From a virus, in the IMG/VR virus record IMGVR_UViG_3300043446_003158, positions 1 to 64,000 of that record: a stretch of 64,000 nucleotides of DNA; one strand, written 5' to 3'. The position numbers and the translations under genes were made by a program. Below the pieces are notes generated by a model. That model was not told the origin of the DNA. It did no database searches and was given only the letters and a program-made list of their open reading frames with translations. Below are positions 7,595-17,098 of the stretch, piece after piece. Each line of letters begins with the position of its first letter. Position 1 is the first letter of the stretch.

Positions 7595-7954
7595 TTACTT
7601 TCGCTTTTTCTTTTCTGGAGATTTGTATCCCCAAAGTTTTGGATTGGTTCTTCCATATCCAAAGTCAATTTTTTGAATTACATCTGGTCCAAATTTATCA
7701 TAATAAAGATCAAAAATTCTAGAGCGTGTTCCCCTACAAAGATCCATGTGAACATCATCCCCAACCTTATACCAAATTAGATATGCATCATTAGGCCAAG
7801 AAGAATCTTTGACTTGTTCATGTGTTCCATTTTCAACCAAAATTTGGCATCCATACCTAGGAGGAAGAGATTCCTTTTCTTCTTTAGTCCATTCAGTCAT
7901 TTCTTCCTCCTTTCCTTGAGATCTTTCAATTACATCACGAAGTTTACTACTCAT
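7595..7954 (-). CDS. Conserved cyanophage hypothetical protein
   Basis: WPNDAYLIWY, IFDLYYDKFG, YGRTNPKLWGY; ATGA overlap suggests a start at 7954. Confidence 0.65.
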   Translation of the reverse strand: MSSKLRDVIERSQGKEEEMTEWTKEEKESLPPRYGCQILVENGTHEQVKDSSWPNDAYLIWYKVGDDVHMDLCRGTRSRIFDLYYDKFGPDVIQKIDFGYGRTNPKLWGYKSPEKKKRK

Positions 7955-8562
7955 ACGCGATTGCCCCATTTAATATCAGGATATGCTTCGGATACTACTT
8001 CTTTTGAAATTTTATATTTTGTCTCTAATTTTTTGTCTTTAACTAGAATAAGAATCTCTGCCTCAAGAGGATGAAGACCTTGAAGCATGTTGATAAACAT
8101 GGTTTCTCTACGAAGAGAACTTAATCCATCATTTCCACCACGAATGAAGTTATAAAAACGAGTATATTCTTTACGAATTGTGGTTTGTCCTTGGTCATTC
8201 ATTCCCAGTGAATTAGATCCAAGTTCTTCCATTTTACCCACTGCATCACGAACTTTATCGCTTACAGTTCCACTAAATGAATTTTGTTCCCCAGTGCTTG
8301 CATAAGGAACATCTCCTTCTGGAAGTGAAGAAATCAAACTTTCATCAAAATTCCAAATAAAAAGTGCCTTTAGTGAAAGGTCTTCATATCTTTTGAGTAA
8401 TTCTACTTTTTTAGCATTAGTTTTTTGACTAGAAACTAGTTCCAAAACTTCAAATGCAAAAGGATTTGTGGGAAGATCCTCTGATAATTTTTTAGTAGGA
8501 GTAGATGCTGTTTTTGGTTTAGTCGTTCTACTCGTCTTCTTCTGTGCTGTCGTCGTTGTCAT
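7951..8562 (-). CDS. Conserved T4-like phage protein (DUF6433-like)
   Basis: LFIWNFDESLISSLPEGDVPY, RRETMFINMLQGLHPLEAE. Confidence 0.7.
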   Translation of the reverse strand: MTTTTAQKKTSRTTKPKTASTPTKKLSEDLPTNPFAFEVLELVSSQKTNAKKVELLKRYEDLSLKALFIWNFDESLISSLPEGDVPYASTGEQNSFSGTVSDKVRDAVGKMEELGSNSLGMNDQGQTTIRKEYTRFYNFIRGGNDGLSSLRRETMFINMLQGLHPLEAEILILVKDKKLETKYKISKEVVSEAYPDIKWGNRV

Positions 8563-8755
8563 AATAGTTTTCAAAATTAAATGCAATTACCTCATCGGGT
8601 ATAAGATTACCCTGCGAATCAAACATTTCAGGGTGAGGTCTTGGAATTTCCCTGTAGTTCATCATGTATTCTCTAGCGACCCATCCAGATAGCAGTCCAA
8701 CAATAAAAAACAAAATAGTCATGAATGAACCAAAAACTAAACTTGTTGCTAACAT
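8528..8755 (-). CDS. Small membrane protein (DUF2973-like HPEMFD motif)
   Basis: N-terminal transmembrane segment, then HPEMFDSQG. Confidence 0.6.
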   Translation of the reverse strand: MLATSLVFGSFMTILFFIVGLLSGWVAREYMMNYREIPRPHPEMFDSQGNLIPDEVIAFNFENYYDNDDSTEEDE

Positions 8756-8958
8756 TTTTTTCTTCCTCGGGAACTACTGGATTTCTTTATAGACAAAGAA
8801 AATTCAAAATAGATGGTTACTTCCCGTTTGAGAAAGCAAACCAACTTTTCAAAAATAATGTGAAAATCTTTGGGTTGCCTCCTCTTACCTCCGCTTAAGA
8901 TAAGTTCTAGTCCACGATTAACATGAATCTTGGAATTATTTATGTTCGTATCAGACAA
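8749..8958 (-). CDS. Hypothetical protein
   Basis: ORF overlapping both neighbours, in operon. Confidence 0.5.
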   Translation of the reverse strand: MSDTNINNSKIHVNRGLELILSGGKRRQPKDFHIIFEKLVCFLKREVTIYFEFSLSIKKSSSSRGRKKC

Positions 8959-9187
8959 TTTGCTTTTCTTTCAAAAATTTAACAGTATCTGTACATCCAC
9001 CAAGTTTTTCAGAGTTGCATAAAACTTGTGGAAAAGTAGATCCCTCACCAAATTCAGCATAAAACTGATCTTTAGTGAAGTCCTTATCTAAAGTATACTC
9101 CACAAACTTGTTTCCTGTCAACTCCAGTACTTGTTTAACTTTATAGCAATGTGGACAATCAGACTTTGTATAAACAGTAAAATTCAT
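8951..9187 (-). CDS. nrdC: Glutaredoxin (NrdC-like)
   Basis: CPHC active site, STFPQV, LGGCTD. Confidence 0.9.
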   Translation of the reverse strand: MNFTVYTKSDCPHCYKVKQVLELTGNKFVEYTLDKDFTKDQFYAEFGEGSTFPQVLCNSEKLGGCTDTVKFLKEKQIV

Positions 9188-9217
9188 ATTTTTATTAAAT
9201 GCAGCTTTTAGTATATA

Positions 9218-9832
9218 TTAAAAATCAATATCTAGAGAAATAGTAATTCTATCCATATCAGTTTCATTACTTTCAACATAATGAAAAGTAGATGCTGGAA
9301 ATATAATTAATTTTCCATCAAATGGTTCAACTTTATGAAAAGTTTTTAAGTTAAGATCTTTTTTAATTTTTTCATTATAGATTTCATGATGCCCTAAATT
9401 AGTATATAAATTGTTAAACACTAAATCACCAGAAAACCTATACGGACTACTTACAAAAAGAACAGCAGATAATATACCTTTTGAATGATGATTACAAATA
9501 TTACAATTTCCTTTCCTATTAATATTTGCCCAAGAATTTATTATATTTTCATGAGTTAATTCAATAGATCTATCTAAAACTTTTGATAGACAATATCTTA
9601 TTTCTTGATATAAAATATCAAAATATTTTTCAAATTTTTTAGTATGAAGTAAGGAATGTTCTTCTAATGATTGCCATCCTCCACAGTTGTTATAAGATTG
9701 TTTTTTAGGAAATTTACTTTCATATTCGTATATGTCATCGACTAAAGAATCTTTTATTTGATAAAAATTTTCAATTTGTTTTTCAATTACTGGAACTGGA
9801 AACAGAGTATAAATGTTTAAATTATTTTTCAT
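9218..9832 (-). CDS. Putative 2OG-Fe(II) oxygenase (TIGR02466-like)
   Basis: GGWQS, NSWANIN, LSAVLFV, GKLIIFPASTFHYV, RITIS; the first metal-ligand His looks atypical (NHH). Confidence 0.7.
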   Translation of the reverse strand: MKNNLNIYTLFPVPVIEKQIENFYQIKDSLVDDIYEYESKFPKKQSYNNCGGWQSLEEHSLLHTKKFEKYFDILYQEIRYCLSKVLDRSIELTHENIINSWANINRKGNCNICNHHSKGILSAVLFVSSPYRFSGDLVFNNLYTNLGHHEIYNEKIKKDLNLKTFHKVEPFDGKLIIFPASTFHYVESNETDMDRITISLDIDF

Positions 9833-9837
9833 AAAAC

Positions 9838-10638
9838 TTACGCTCCATCTTCATGCCAACATTCATTATATCCATTTTTTTGATCATCATATGGGTAAGA
9901 ATTTAGTTCTTTCTTTGGCCAAACTAAATCAATACCAGTTCTTGGAAAAGATTTAAATATTTTTTTACTTAAACTTTGACTAAGTTCATATGCCTCTTGC
10001 CATTTGGGAGCATAATCATAAAGATATTCGTTAGGATAAAGTAAAAATAATTTAATCCTGTCATCATAGTTAGAACAATAGTGTGCTCCAATATAAGTTT
10101 CTGTTCTCGTATAATGACCATAATACTTCCACAAATCATACTTGCTTATTCTCACTTTGTCAATAAGTCCATTTAATTCTAATGGAATATCAAACATTTT
10201 TAATAAGTGTTCTGTTTTTCCCCAGAAAACATGATCTCTGGGATGAAATAAAAGATGTGGATACATTCCAGGAACAAAAATTCTATCTTCATTCCTATTT
10301 TCAATAAAGAACTGATACATATTCAACATACTTTGATAAGTATATTTCTGATCGGTTCTCATTTTAATTGCATATTCAGTTGTAACTTTCTGCAATCCAG
10401 AAAAAGAAGTTACGATCTGAAGATTTCTATTATCTGTTCCAGGAGTAATTGGAAATTTATTTGAAACAACAAAAAATCTTGAAGTGGGATGATAATTGAC
10501 AATATCATCATCCCAACAAGAAAGAATAATGTTGTTTACGAAAGGTAGTTCAAAGTATGAATCTATAACCTCATTAGTAAATTCATCATATCTTCCTTGC
10601 AGAACAATATCAATTTTTTCAAAGTTATTATTCTGCAT
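9838..10638 (-). CDS. WavE-like lipopolysaccharide synthesis protein
   Basis: DIVLQG, IILSCW, NRNLQIVTSFSGL, YAIKMRTDQ, FHPRDHVFWG. Confidence 0.7.
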   Translation of the reverse strand: MQNNNFEKIDIVLQGRYDEFTNEVIDSYFELPFVNNIILSCWDDDIVNYHPTSRFFVVSNKFPITPGTDNRNLQIVTSFSGLQKVTTEYAIKMRTDQKYTYQSMLNMYQFFIENRNEDRIFVPGMYPHLLFHPRDHVFWGKTEHLLKMFDIPLELNGLIDKVRISKYDLWKYYGHYTRTETYIGAHYCSNYDDRIKLFLLYPNEYLYDYAPKWQEAYELSQSLSKKIFKSFPRTGIDLVWPKKELNSYPYDDQKNGYNECWHEDGA

Positions 10639-13600
10639 CAGATCTTTTTTTCAAGATGAATGTCATAGTGCTTTAAATTTTCAACAATAATATCATAATA
10701 ATCTTCACCAACATTATCATCTTCAGATAAAGATACAAAAATATTTTTGGATTCTTCTACTTTACCCCAATACCATCCAGACAAAGCCTTTTCAAATAAA
10801 AGACCATACTTACCTGGATACTCAACATCAGAAGTTGTTGATGGGTCAAACAATTCACAAATACTTAGTCCTAATGAAGCATACTTGTAGCAGTCATTCC
10901 ATTGATGTCTTCTTTCATGAAATCTAGCAAGTAAGAAATATGCCTCAGGTCTATTTGGAAGAGTGCAGAGAGCTTGTTGAAGTAAAGATATTGCAGTTCC
11001 ATCTCTAGTTCCTTGCTTATCATAACAATGGTGGCATTTGATTAAAGATTCATAGATCATATTCTCATCTTCGTATCTTTCAGATGCTCTCAAAAAATAA
11101 GATAATGCAGGAGCCGTGTGTCCCTCTTTTTCATACCAAAGACCCAAATCATAATTTCTTTGGGGATTTTCTGGATCTAACGAATATTCAGTTAGTAACA
11201 CTTCAAGATCAGTTTTATTCCTAGAAATAGAAATTTCATCATTAGATTCAACTAAATCTAAAATTTTTGATTGATAATTTTTTTTCCACCACCCAATAAC
11301 ATGTTCATATGTTTCTACATGATAATCTTTATTTTCTTTTTCAAGTTCAGAATGACCATAAAAAGTAGATTTAAGATTTTGGTCTTCAACAAAAAGATTT
11401 ACAGAATAAACTTTCCCCAAGTTATAAAATAAAAGATTTTCAGGCATTGGATAAAAATCTGTTCCTGGAATTTCTAATTTATAACAATCTCCTTCGATAT
11501 AAGTTTCAATTATTTTTCTTGCATAATCTCTAGTTAAAATATATGCAGTAACAGACCAATCCATCATTGATCTATTTCTTATTTTTACTTCTTGTTGATT
11601 TTCATTTATACAACAAAGTTGAACACACTCAGCATCTTCTGGTAAATTTTCTATAAAATCATTCCAAGTAAAGTTCCAATATTCAACTGTTTCAAGGCTC
11701 AAATCATCTTCGCAGAAAAATGCATAATCATCTTCAGTTTCTTCATACCATTTTTTAATTGCCTTTAAATGAGATATGCAACACCCAGTTGTTCCAGAGT
11801 CAAGAATATGAAGTTGTTTACCATAAACTACATCGTCACATTCATGAAATCTTTTAGAAATAATCCCATGAAGGTTTGTAACTCCAAGATCTAAAAATTG
11901 TTTGTGTAATTTTTCCCTTCTATCTACACTTTCCTCTAGACTAATGTAATAAACACTAGGAAAATCTACAAATTTAATTTTATTTGGAATAATTTTATCA
12001 GAAGTTAATTTAAAGCCCATTTCTTTCCACCAATTAAGAATTGTATTGTGAGAATTATAATGATGATCATTCAAATCATTAGTAACATTTTCTATTTCAT
12101 AAGAAGATTTAAATGAAACATCTTCAACAAAAAGAGGATAAACATATACTCTATTAGTTAAACCTAAAATAATAGTTTCTACTACTGGAATAACTGCCCA
12201 ATCTGGACGAGTATCTACATCATAACACTTACAGTCTAAATGAAAATAATCATCGTAATAGTATGTATCTATCAATTTTTGTGCATATTCTCTAGTAATT
12301 AAATATGCACAACAAGACCAATCACATGGCCATCTTTTTCTAAACTCAAAAGGATTTAAGTAGTCGGTATAATATTCTCTTAGTAAACAAAGTTGAATAC
12401 AATCCCACTTAGGAGGAAGAATATCCATAAATTCTTCCCAGGTAAAATTCCAGTATTCAACTGTTTGAAGACTTAAATCATCTTCACAGAAGAATGCATA
12501 TTCATCATTTGTACTGTTTAACCATTGTTTAATTGCTTTAAGGTGTGAAGTAACTGGTCCTCTACTACCTTGGCTTAATTTCCATTGACCAACTGCATTT
12601 AAATAATCACTAAGAATTACGTGCTCATCATCATTATATCTTTTGAATATGTGTGAGGTTATATTAGTTACTCCATACTTTTTAAATTTTTCATATAATT
12701 TTTTTCTTCTAAAAGTAGAATTTTCTATGCTAACGTAATGAACTGGTGGAAAATTTTTTAATTTGTTAAAATCATTATCAGTCTCTTCTTTTATACTGGC
12801 AATATAAAACCTATCTTTTTGTTCATCAATTACCCATTCTGTATTTGATTTATTATAATAATCAACTATGTTTTCCAATTTTTGAGAGTTAATTCTATTA
12901 TGTTCCATTGTAAGAACATAATCAGTTTGCCACTCCAATTCATCTCCAAAATATACATTGCTTAAATTAATACGAATAGTCTCTCTAAGATCTTTATCAG
13001 TTTCGGAAGATTTAAAATTTTCAACTCGTTTTGTATCTGGATGAGGTATATGGAACACATGATAATCAAAATCCATTTTCTTGTGCTCCAACCCCACCAT
13101 TTCTAATCTTTTATAGATTTCATCATCTTCAAAAGAATAATATTCACAAAAATCTTCATTATATCCACCAACTTTTAAAAAATTTTCTTTTGATACAAAT
13201 AAAAGACCAGTTAAAAATCTATAATAAGAACTATAAGAATTATAGTAATCAGTTAATTGATCTAAAGACATCTTATTGCGGTCTACAATATAATTACCAG
13301 TTCTTTCATCATAAAATTCATTATTTACAATAGAACTTTTTCCGCTTACAAATGATTGACTATCTATTTTGTACTTATCAAAAAAAGAATAATAACAATT
13401 AAATACATAATCACAATCAACTTTTAGAATATAATCTCCTTTTGCCACAGAAACCGCAAGATTAAGCGGTTGTGGTTGATTAAAATATTTTTGATTCTGA
13501 ACTCTAATAATTTTAATTCTTTCATCTAAAGAAATTAAATGCTCTAAACTTTCATCGGAACTCCAATCAACGATTATTATTTCAGTAATTTCTTTATGAT

Positions 13601-13673
13601 TTAACCAAGAATTTAAAGAAACATTTAAAGCTGAATTGCGATTTTTGCAAGCACAAATTAAAGAAATAGACAT
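10638..13673 (-). CDS. Multidomain glycosyltransferase: GT-A (GT2/GT7-like) + two GT25-like domains + TPR
   Basis: IIIVDWSS, LKVDCD, GGYNEDF..EDDE; twice SHLKAIK..YAFFCEDD; C-terminal TPR-like LQQALCTLPNRPEAYFLLARF. Confidence 0.75.
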   Translation of the reverse strand: MSISLICACKNRNSALNVSLNSWLNHKEITEIIIVDWSSDESLEHLISLDERIKIIRVQNQKYFNQPQPLNLAVSVAKGDYILKVDCDYVFNCYYSFFDKYKIDSQSFVSGKSSIVNNEFYDERTGNYIVDRNKMSLDQLTDYYNSYSSYYRFLTGLLFVSKENFLKVGGYNEDFCEYYSFEDDEIYKRLEMVGLEHKKMDFDYHVFHIPHPDTKRVENFKSSETDKDLRETIRINLSNVYFGDELEWQTDYVLTMEHNRINSQKLENIVDYYNKSNTEWVIDEQKDRFYIASIKEETDNDFNKLKNFPPVHYVSIENSTFRRKKLYEKFKKYGVTNITSHIFKRYNDDEHVILSDYLNAVGQWKLSQGSRGPVTSHLKAIKQWLNSTNDEYAFFCEDDLSLQTVEYWNFTWEEFMDILPPKWDCIQLCLLREYYTDYLNPFEFRKRWPCDWSCCAYLITREYAQKLIDTYYYDDYFHLDCKCYDVDTRPDWAVIPVVETIILGLTNRVYVYPLFVEDVSFKSSYEIENVTNDLNDHHYNSHNTILNWWKEMGFKLTSDKIIPNKIKFVDFPSVYYISLEESVDRREKLHKQFLDLGVTNLHGIISKRFHECDDVVYGKQLHILDSGTTGCCISHLKAIKKWYEETEDDYAFFCEDDLSLETVEYWNFTWNDFIENLPEDAECVQLCCINENQQEVKIRNRSMMDWSVTAYILTRDYARKIIETYIEGDCYKLEIPGTDFYPMPENLLFYNLGKVYSVNLFVEDQNLKSTFYGHSELEKENKDYHVETYEHVIGWWKKNYQSKILDLVESNDEISISRNKTDLEVLLTEYSLDPENPQRNYDLGLWYEKEGHTAPALSYFLRASERYEDENMIYESLIKCHHCYDKQGTRDGTAISLLQQALCTLPNRPEAYFLLARFHERRHQWNDCYKYASLGLSICELFDPSTTSDVEYPGKYGLLFEKALSGWYWGKVEESKNIFVSLSEDDNVGEDYYDIIVENLKHYDIHLEKKI

Positions 13674-13678
13674 ATAAA

Positions 13679-14149
13679 TCAGTTACTTGATATAAACTTT
13701 TTATAAAAAATTGCTTTGTCGGTGCATACACCGAATCCTTTTTTTAAATTTTCTAGATGATCATAATAATTTATTGATTCTGGAAGAACAATGATTCCTT
13801 TTGAGTATGGAAATTGCCCTATCAAAATCCAACCAAATCCTTTACTGGTGATAGTATACCTATCAGTTTCATGCCAAAAATAGTTAAATTCTACCATAGA
13901 TGTAGATAATTTTTCCAGTGCTTCTCTATTTTTACAGTGAATCCATAAAACATCTTTGTGTTTTACCAACCAATTAATAGGAACATGATATTGTGGTTTA
14001 TCATGTCCAAGATAACACTCATTATTTTCAACTCTTAAATCAATCTCAACATCAAATCCTTCAGCAATTGCTTCTTCAATATAATCAACACTATTTTCCT
14101 TGATTGGATTTGGACCAGTCAAATTTCCACGATGAGAAATAATTTTCAT
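13679..14149 (-). CDS. GDPD/PLC-like phosphodiesterase-fold protein
   Basis: True start MKIISHRGNL at 14149, 1 nt after the RLP stop; GFDVEIDL, YLGHD, WIHCKN, FWHETD. Confidence 0.7.
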   Translation of the reverse strand: MKIISHRGNLTGPNPIKENSVDYIEEAIAEGFDVEIDLRVENNECYLGHDKPQYHVPINWLVKHKDVLWIHCKNREALEKLSTSMVEFNYFWHETDRYTITSKGFGWILIGQFPYSKGIIVLPESINYYDHLENLKKGFGVCTDKAIFYKKFISSN

Positions 14150-14150
14150 A

Positions 14151-15389
14151 TCAAAAATCCAACACCCACTCAGGAAGAGAACCTCCACCAGTTTCATATC
14201 CCCACTTATCAATAGCAGCACGAAACTCTGGTCCAGGAGTTTTATCAATTGCCTGACGCATTGCCAGAGCACCTGCCAGAGTACCCCCAGGATGCCCGTG
14301 AACAGCGCCGCCACAGTTAGCAAGGAAGTCTGTTCCAAACTTCTCTGCAGTGGTGTTAACGATCCCTGGATGCATACCACAACTCAATGCTGGAAGAACA
14401 TTTCTATTGTAAAGTGTCGTTAAAGTCTTACGAAGTTCTGTCTCATCATCACTGAGATATCCACCCCACATTCCAGCATGAATGGTATCCACTCCACAAA
14501 GACCAGCAAGATCACAGAGAACATCCCAATCAATACCAAATGCATGTCTCTTATCAGTAAGGATTTTATCTCCACTCTTTTGGTAATGAATAAACATTGG
14601 AAGGTCCATTCTTCTAATTGAATTATAAACACCAAGACCAGACCAGAAATTAATGTGGATACCATTACCACCATTATTTGCAACAAAATTTGCACGTTCA
14701 AGAATGGTGTGATGATCTCCATTAATACAGAAGCAGTAAATTACTCCTCTTCCACATTCATTTACAATGTTTGAAATAAGTTCTACACGATCTTCAAGAC
14801 GGCAGAATGCAGGATTGGAAAGAATTTCATCTTCCTTAATAAAATCAACACCACCATCAAGAAGTTCTTTAACCATATCGGCAAGAGTTTGTGGTGTAAT
14901 GCCTGTTTTAGGTTTTACGATTGCACCAGAAAGTGGTTTATCAAACCTGTTAACGAACCTACGAATACCTTCAATTCCATATTTTGGTCCAAGAAATTGT
15001 GCTTCTACATCAGCAGGAAACTCCAGTTTCTGAAGGCGACAAACTTTAAATACATCAATATCAAGTTGTCCACCCATTACCTGACAGAGAAGATGTGAGA
15101 TACCATCACCTTCCCAATCAGTATTGACTTTGGGGAATCCAATCTTCACTTGCCCAGAGTGAACCCCAGTAAGGTTTTCTTCCGTATCATAGATGACACA
15201 AGATGCTAACTCAAAAAGTTCATCACTCTCCCAGCGATTACGAACCTTTGGATTTCCCACACTCTGCCCAATGGCAAGATTCCAAGCAGCATCTCTCAAA
15301 TCACCAACTTGATGATTTGCTTCAATATAATACGTTGCTACTACACAACGATCTCTTTCTTGTTCTGTTAGTTCTCTAAAAAATTTCAT
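14151..15389 (-). CDS. RuBisCO-like protein (form IV, RLP)
   Basis: GPKYGIEGIR, GAIVKPKTG (K175/K177), GVDFIKEDE (K201/D203/E204), DTIHAG, PALSCG, CGGAVHGHPGG. E60, N123, R295 and K334 equivalents appear substituted. Confidence 0.9.
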   Translation of the reverse strand: MKFFRELTEQERDRCVVATYYIEANHQVGDLRDAAWNLAIGQSVGNPKVRNRWESDELFELASCVIYDTEENLTGVHSGQVKIGFPKVNTDWEGDGISHLLCQVMGGQLDIDVFKVCRLQKLEFPADVEAQFLGPKYGIEGIRRFVNRFDKPLSGAIVKPKTGITPQTLADMVKELLDGGVDFIKEDEILSNPAFCRLEDRVELISNIVNECGRGVIYCFCINGDHHTILERANFVANNGGNGIHINFWSGLGVYNSIRRMDLPMFIHYQKSGDKILTDKRHAFGIDWDVLCDLAGLCGVDTIHAGMWGGYLSDDETELRKTLTTLYNRNVLPALSCGMHPGIVNTTAEKFGTDFLANCGGAVHGHPGGTLAGALAMRQAIDKTPGPEFRAAIDKWGYETGGGSLPEWVLDF

Positions 15390-16060
15390 GCTTCAACCTC
15401 ATTTCTTACTAAGACTAATATCTCATCACCATCAAATCCATATTGTTGATTAGAATTACAAGTTTTTACTTGAGTTATATTACTATAATACTTATCATGC
15501 CCATAAAGTTTAATTTCATCAGCATAACTGTAAATTCTATAAACAATATCTTCAATTATAAGACATCCTCCAGGATTTAAATACTTATAAGCATTTCTAA
15601 TTACTTTAATTTGATCCCAAAACTTATGGCTAGAATCATCTATAATAACATCAAATTTAGTATTAGATTTTTCAAAAGAATTATTAATTGACTCTTCGGA
15701 TTTGACATTCATATAATCATAAAACACATTATGTAAATTTTCAGTTTTGGCATTTTGTATAAAATCCTCTTGATATCTATCTTCAGAAGATTCTCCTACT
15801 TTACAATCCCACCCATAAAGAGTTGCATTTGAAAAGTATTCTCTCCACATTCTCATAGATGCGTTTTTATATATTCCAATCTCACCAAAAACAATATTCT
15901 TATGTCTAATATTAGAAAATAAAAAATTATAAAACGGAGTGTATGCGTGATGCCCCATAGAACGCGCCAGAGGAGATTTATCAGTTCCATACTTTTCACC
16001 AATAAAACACAAATCTGTAGGAGATGAAAAACTATTATACAATATTTGATTAAACTTCAC
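15386..16060 (-). CDS. SAM-dependent (sugar O-)methyltransferase-like protein
   Basis: KYGTDK, HAYTPFY, EIGIYKNASMRMWREYF, FDVIIDDSSH, GGCLIIED; resembles macrolide-sugar O-methyltransferases. Confidence 0.75.
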   Translation of the reverse strand: MKFNQILYNSFSSPTDLCFIGEKYGTDKSPLARSMGHHAYTPFYNFLFSNIRHKNIVFGEIGIYKNASMRMWREYFSNATLYGWDCKVGESSEDRYQEDFIQNAKTENLHNVFYDYMNVKSEESINNSFEKSNTKFDVIIDDSSHKFWDQIKVIRNAYKYLNPGGCLIIEDIVYRIYSYADEIKLYGHDKYYSNITQVKTCNSNQQYGFDGDEILVLVRNEVEA

Positions 16061-16062
16061 TT

Positions 16063-16383
16063 TTAAACCTCAAACTTATCTGATGGAATAGAAGGAACTT
16101 TAACGACAACTAATGTACAATCTTCAAGAAAAACTGGATCTGCAACTTCTCCTTTTTCAAAAATAAATACATCTCCACTATTTAATTCTTTTCCTTGAAT
16201 GGTCATTTTTCCAGAAACAAGAACATTATATTCTACACTTTCTTTATGGTAGTGCGGTGCCCAATACTCTCCCTTTTTATGCGTAAGTAACCCAACTTCA
16301 AATTGGTCTGTTTTCAATACTGAAGGTTTAAAGTTTCCTATAAACCAACCTCTCACATAATCAGTAATTTTTGATGTGTTCAT
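16063..16383 (-). CDS. Cupin-fold protein
   Basis: GWFIGNF, HYHKESVEYNVLVSG, GDVFIFEKGE. Confidence 0.8.
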   Translation of the reverse strand: MNTSKITDYVRGWFIGNFKPSVLKTDQFEVGLLTHKKGEYWAPHYHKESVEYNVLVSGKMTIQGKELNSGDVFIFEKGEVADPVFLEDCTLVVVKVPSIPSDKFEV

Positions 16384-17092
16384 ACTTTTCTAAAAAAGAA
16401 TTCAAATCTTCTGGAACTCCAACTGGATTATGTTGATAATTTGGAATATGATGTATTCCAACTTTAAGTCCTTTCTTAATCATATGATTATAAGATGGGC
16501 CAACATAAAACTCACCATTAGGTGCTCTATCATTACATTGTATCATATCTTCTGCACTTTGTACAAAATATTTCCCCTTTCTCCAATAATGAATTCCATT
16601 TAAGGATATATCACTTATAACTTCTTTTTCTTTTATTTCCTGAACAAATCCTTTACGATCAATTCTAGCGTAACTATTTTTTGGTGTAGATGTGGTATAA
16701 GTCACAATCAACCCATCATACTTATAATATCTTGCAGATGTTAAAAATAAATCAGAATCCCACCACATAATCTGATCACAGTTAGCAATTATTAATTCAT
16801 CCTCATTATTAATAAAATCTTTAAACAAAAGACAACTGGAAGCAGGTCCTTCTGTAGTTTCTTCTACGCTAATAATTTTTGAAGTTGGAAGTATGGAATG
16901 TAATAATGTACATACTTGATCATAATAACTATCTTTTCTTATGATAAAATGATAGGTTCCCGTTAATCCAAGAGAATGAACTGCTCTTTGAATCATTGCA
17001 ATTCCATCAATTTCAATTAATGGTTTTGGAATTTTATAGGTATCTCTAGGAAATCTAGTCCCTTCACCTGCCATTGGAATTATTATATTCAT
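16361..17092 (-). CDS. Sugar-phosphate nucleotidyltransferase
   Basis: IIIPMAGEGTRF...KPLIEI, EGPA, IANCDQ, EKEVIS, NGEFYV. Confidence 0.85.
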   Translation of the reverse strand: MNIIIPMAGEGTRFPRDTYKIPKPLIEIDGIAMIQRAVHSLGLTGTYHFIIRKDSYYDQVCTLLHSILPTSKIISVEETTEGPASSCLLFKDFINNEDELIIANCDQIMWWDSDLFLTSARYYKYDGLIVTYTTSTPKNSYARIDRKGFVQEIKEKEVISDISLNGIHYWRKGKYFVQSAEDMIQCNDRAPNGEFYVGPSYNHMIKKGLKVGIHHIPNYQHNPVGVPEDLNSFLEKYEHIKNY

Positions 17093-17098
17093 TACTTT

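Noticed and set aside
13679-14380. 233-aa version of the phosphodiesterase-like ORF
   Set aside because: The first 77 codons overlap the RLP in another frame; the family-like start MKIISHRG is at 14149.
14151-15389. RuBisCO large subunit for viral CO2 fixation
   Set aside because: E60, N123, R295 and K334 equivalents appear missing, the motif is KEDE rather than KDDE, and there is no rbcS or prk in the window. It is an RLP.
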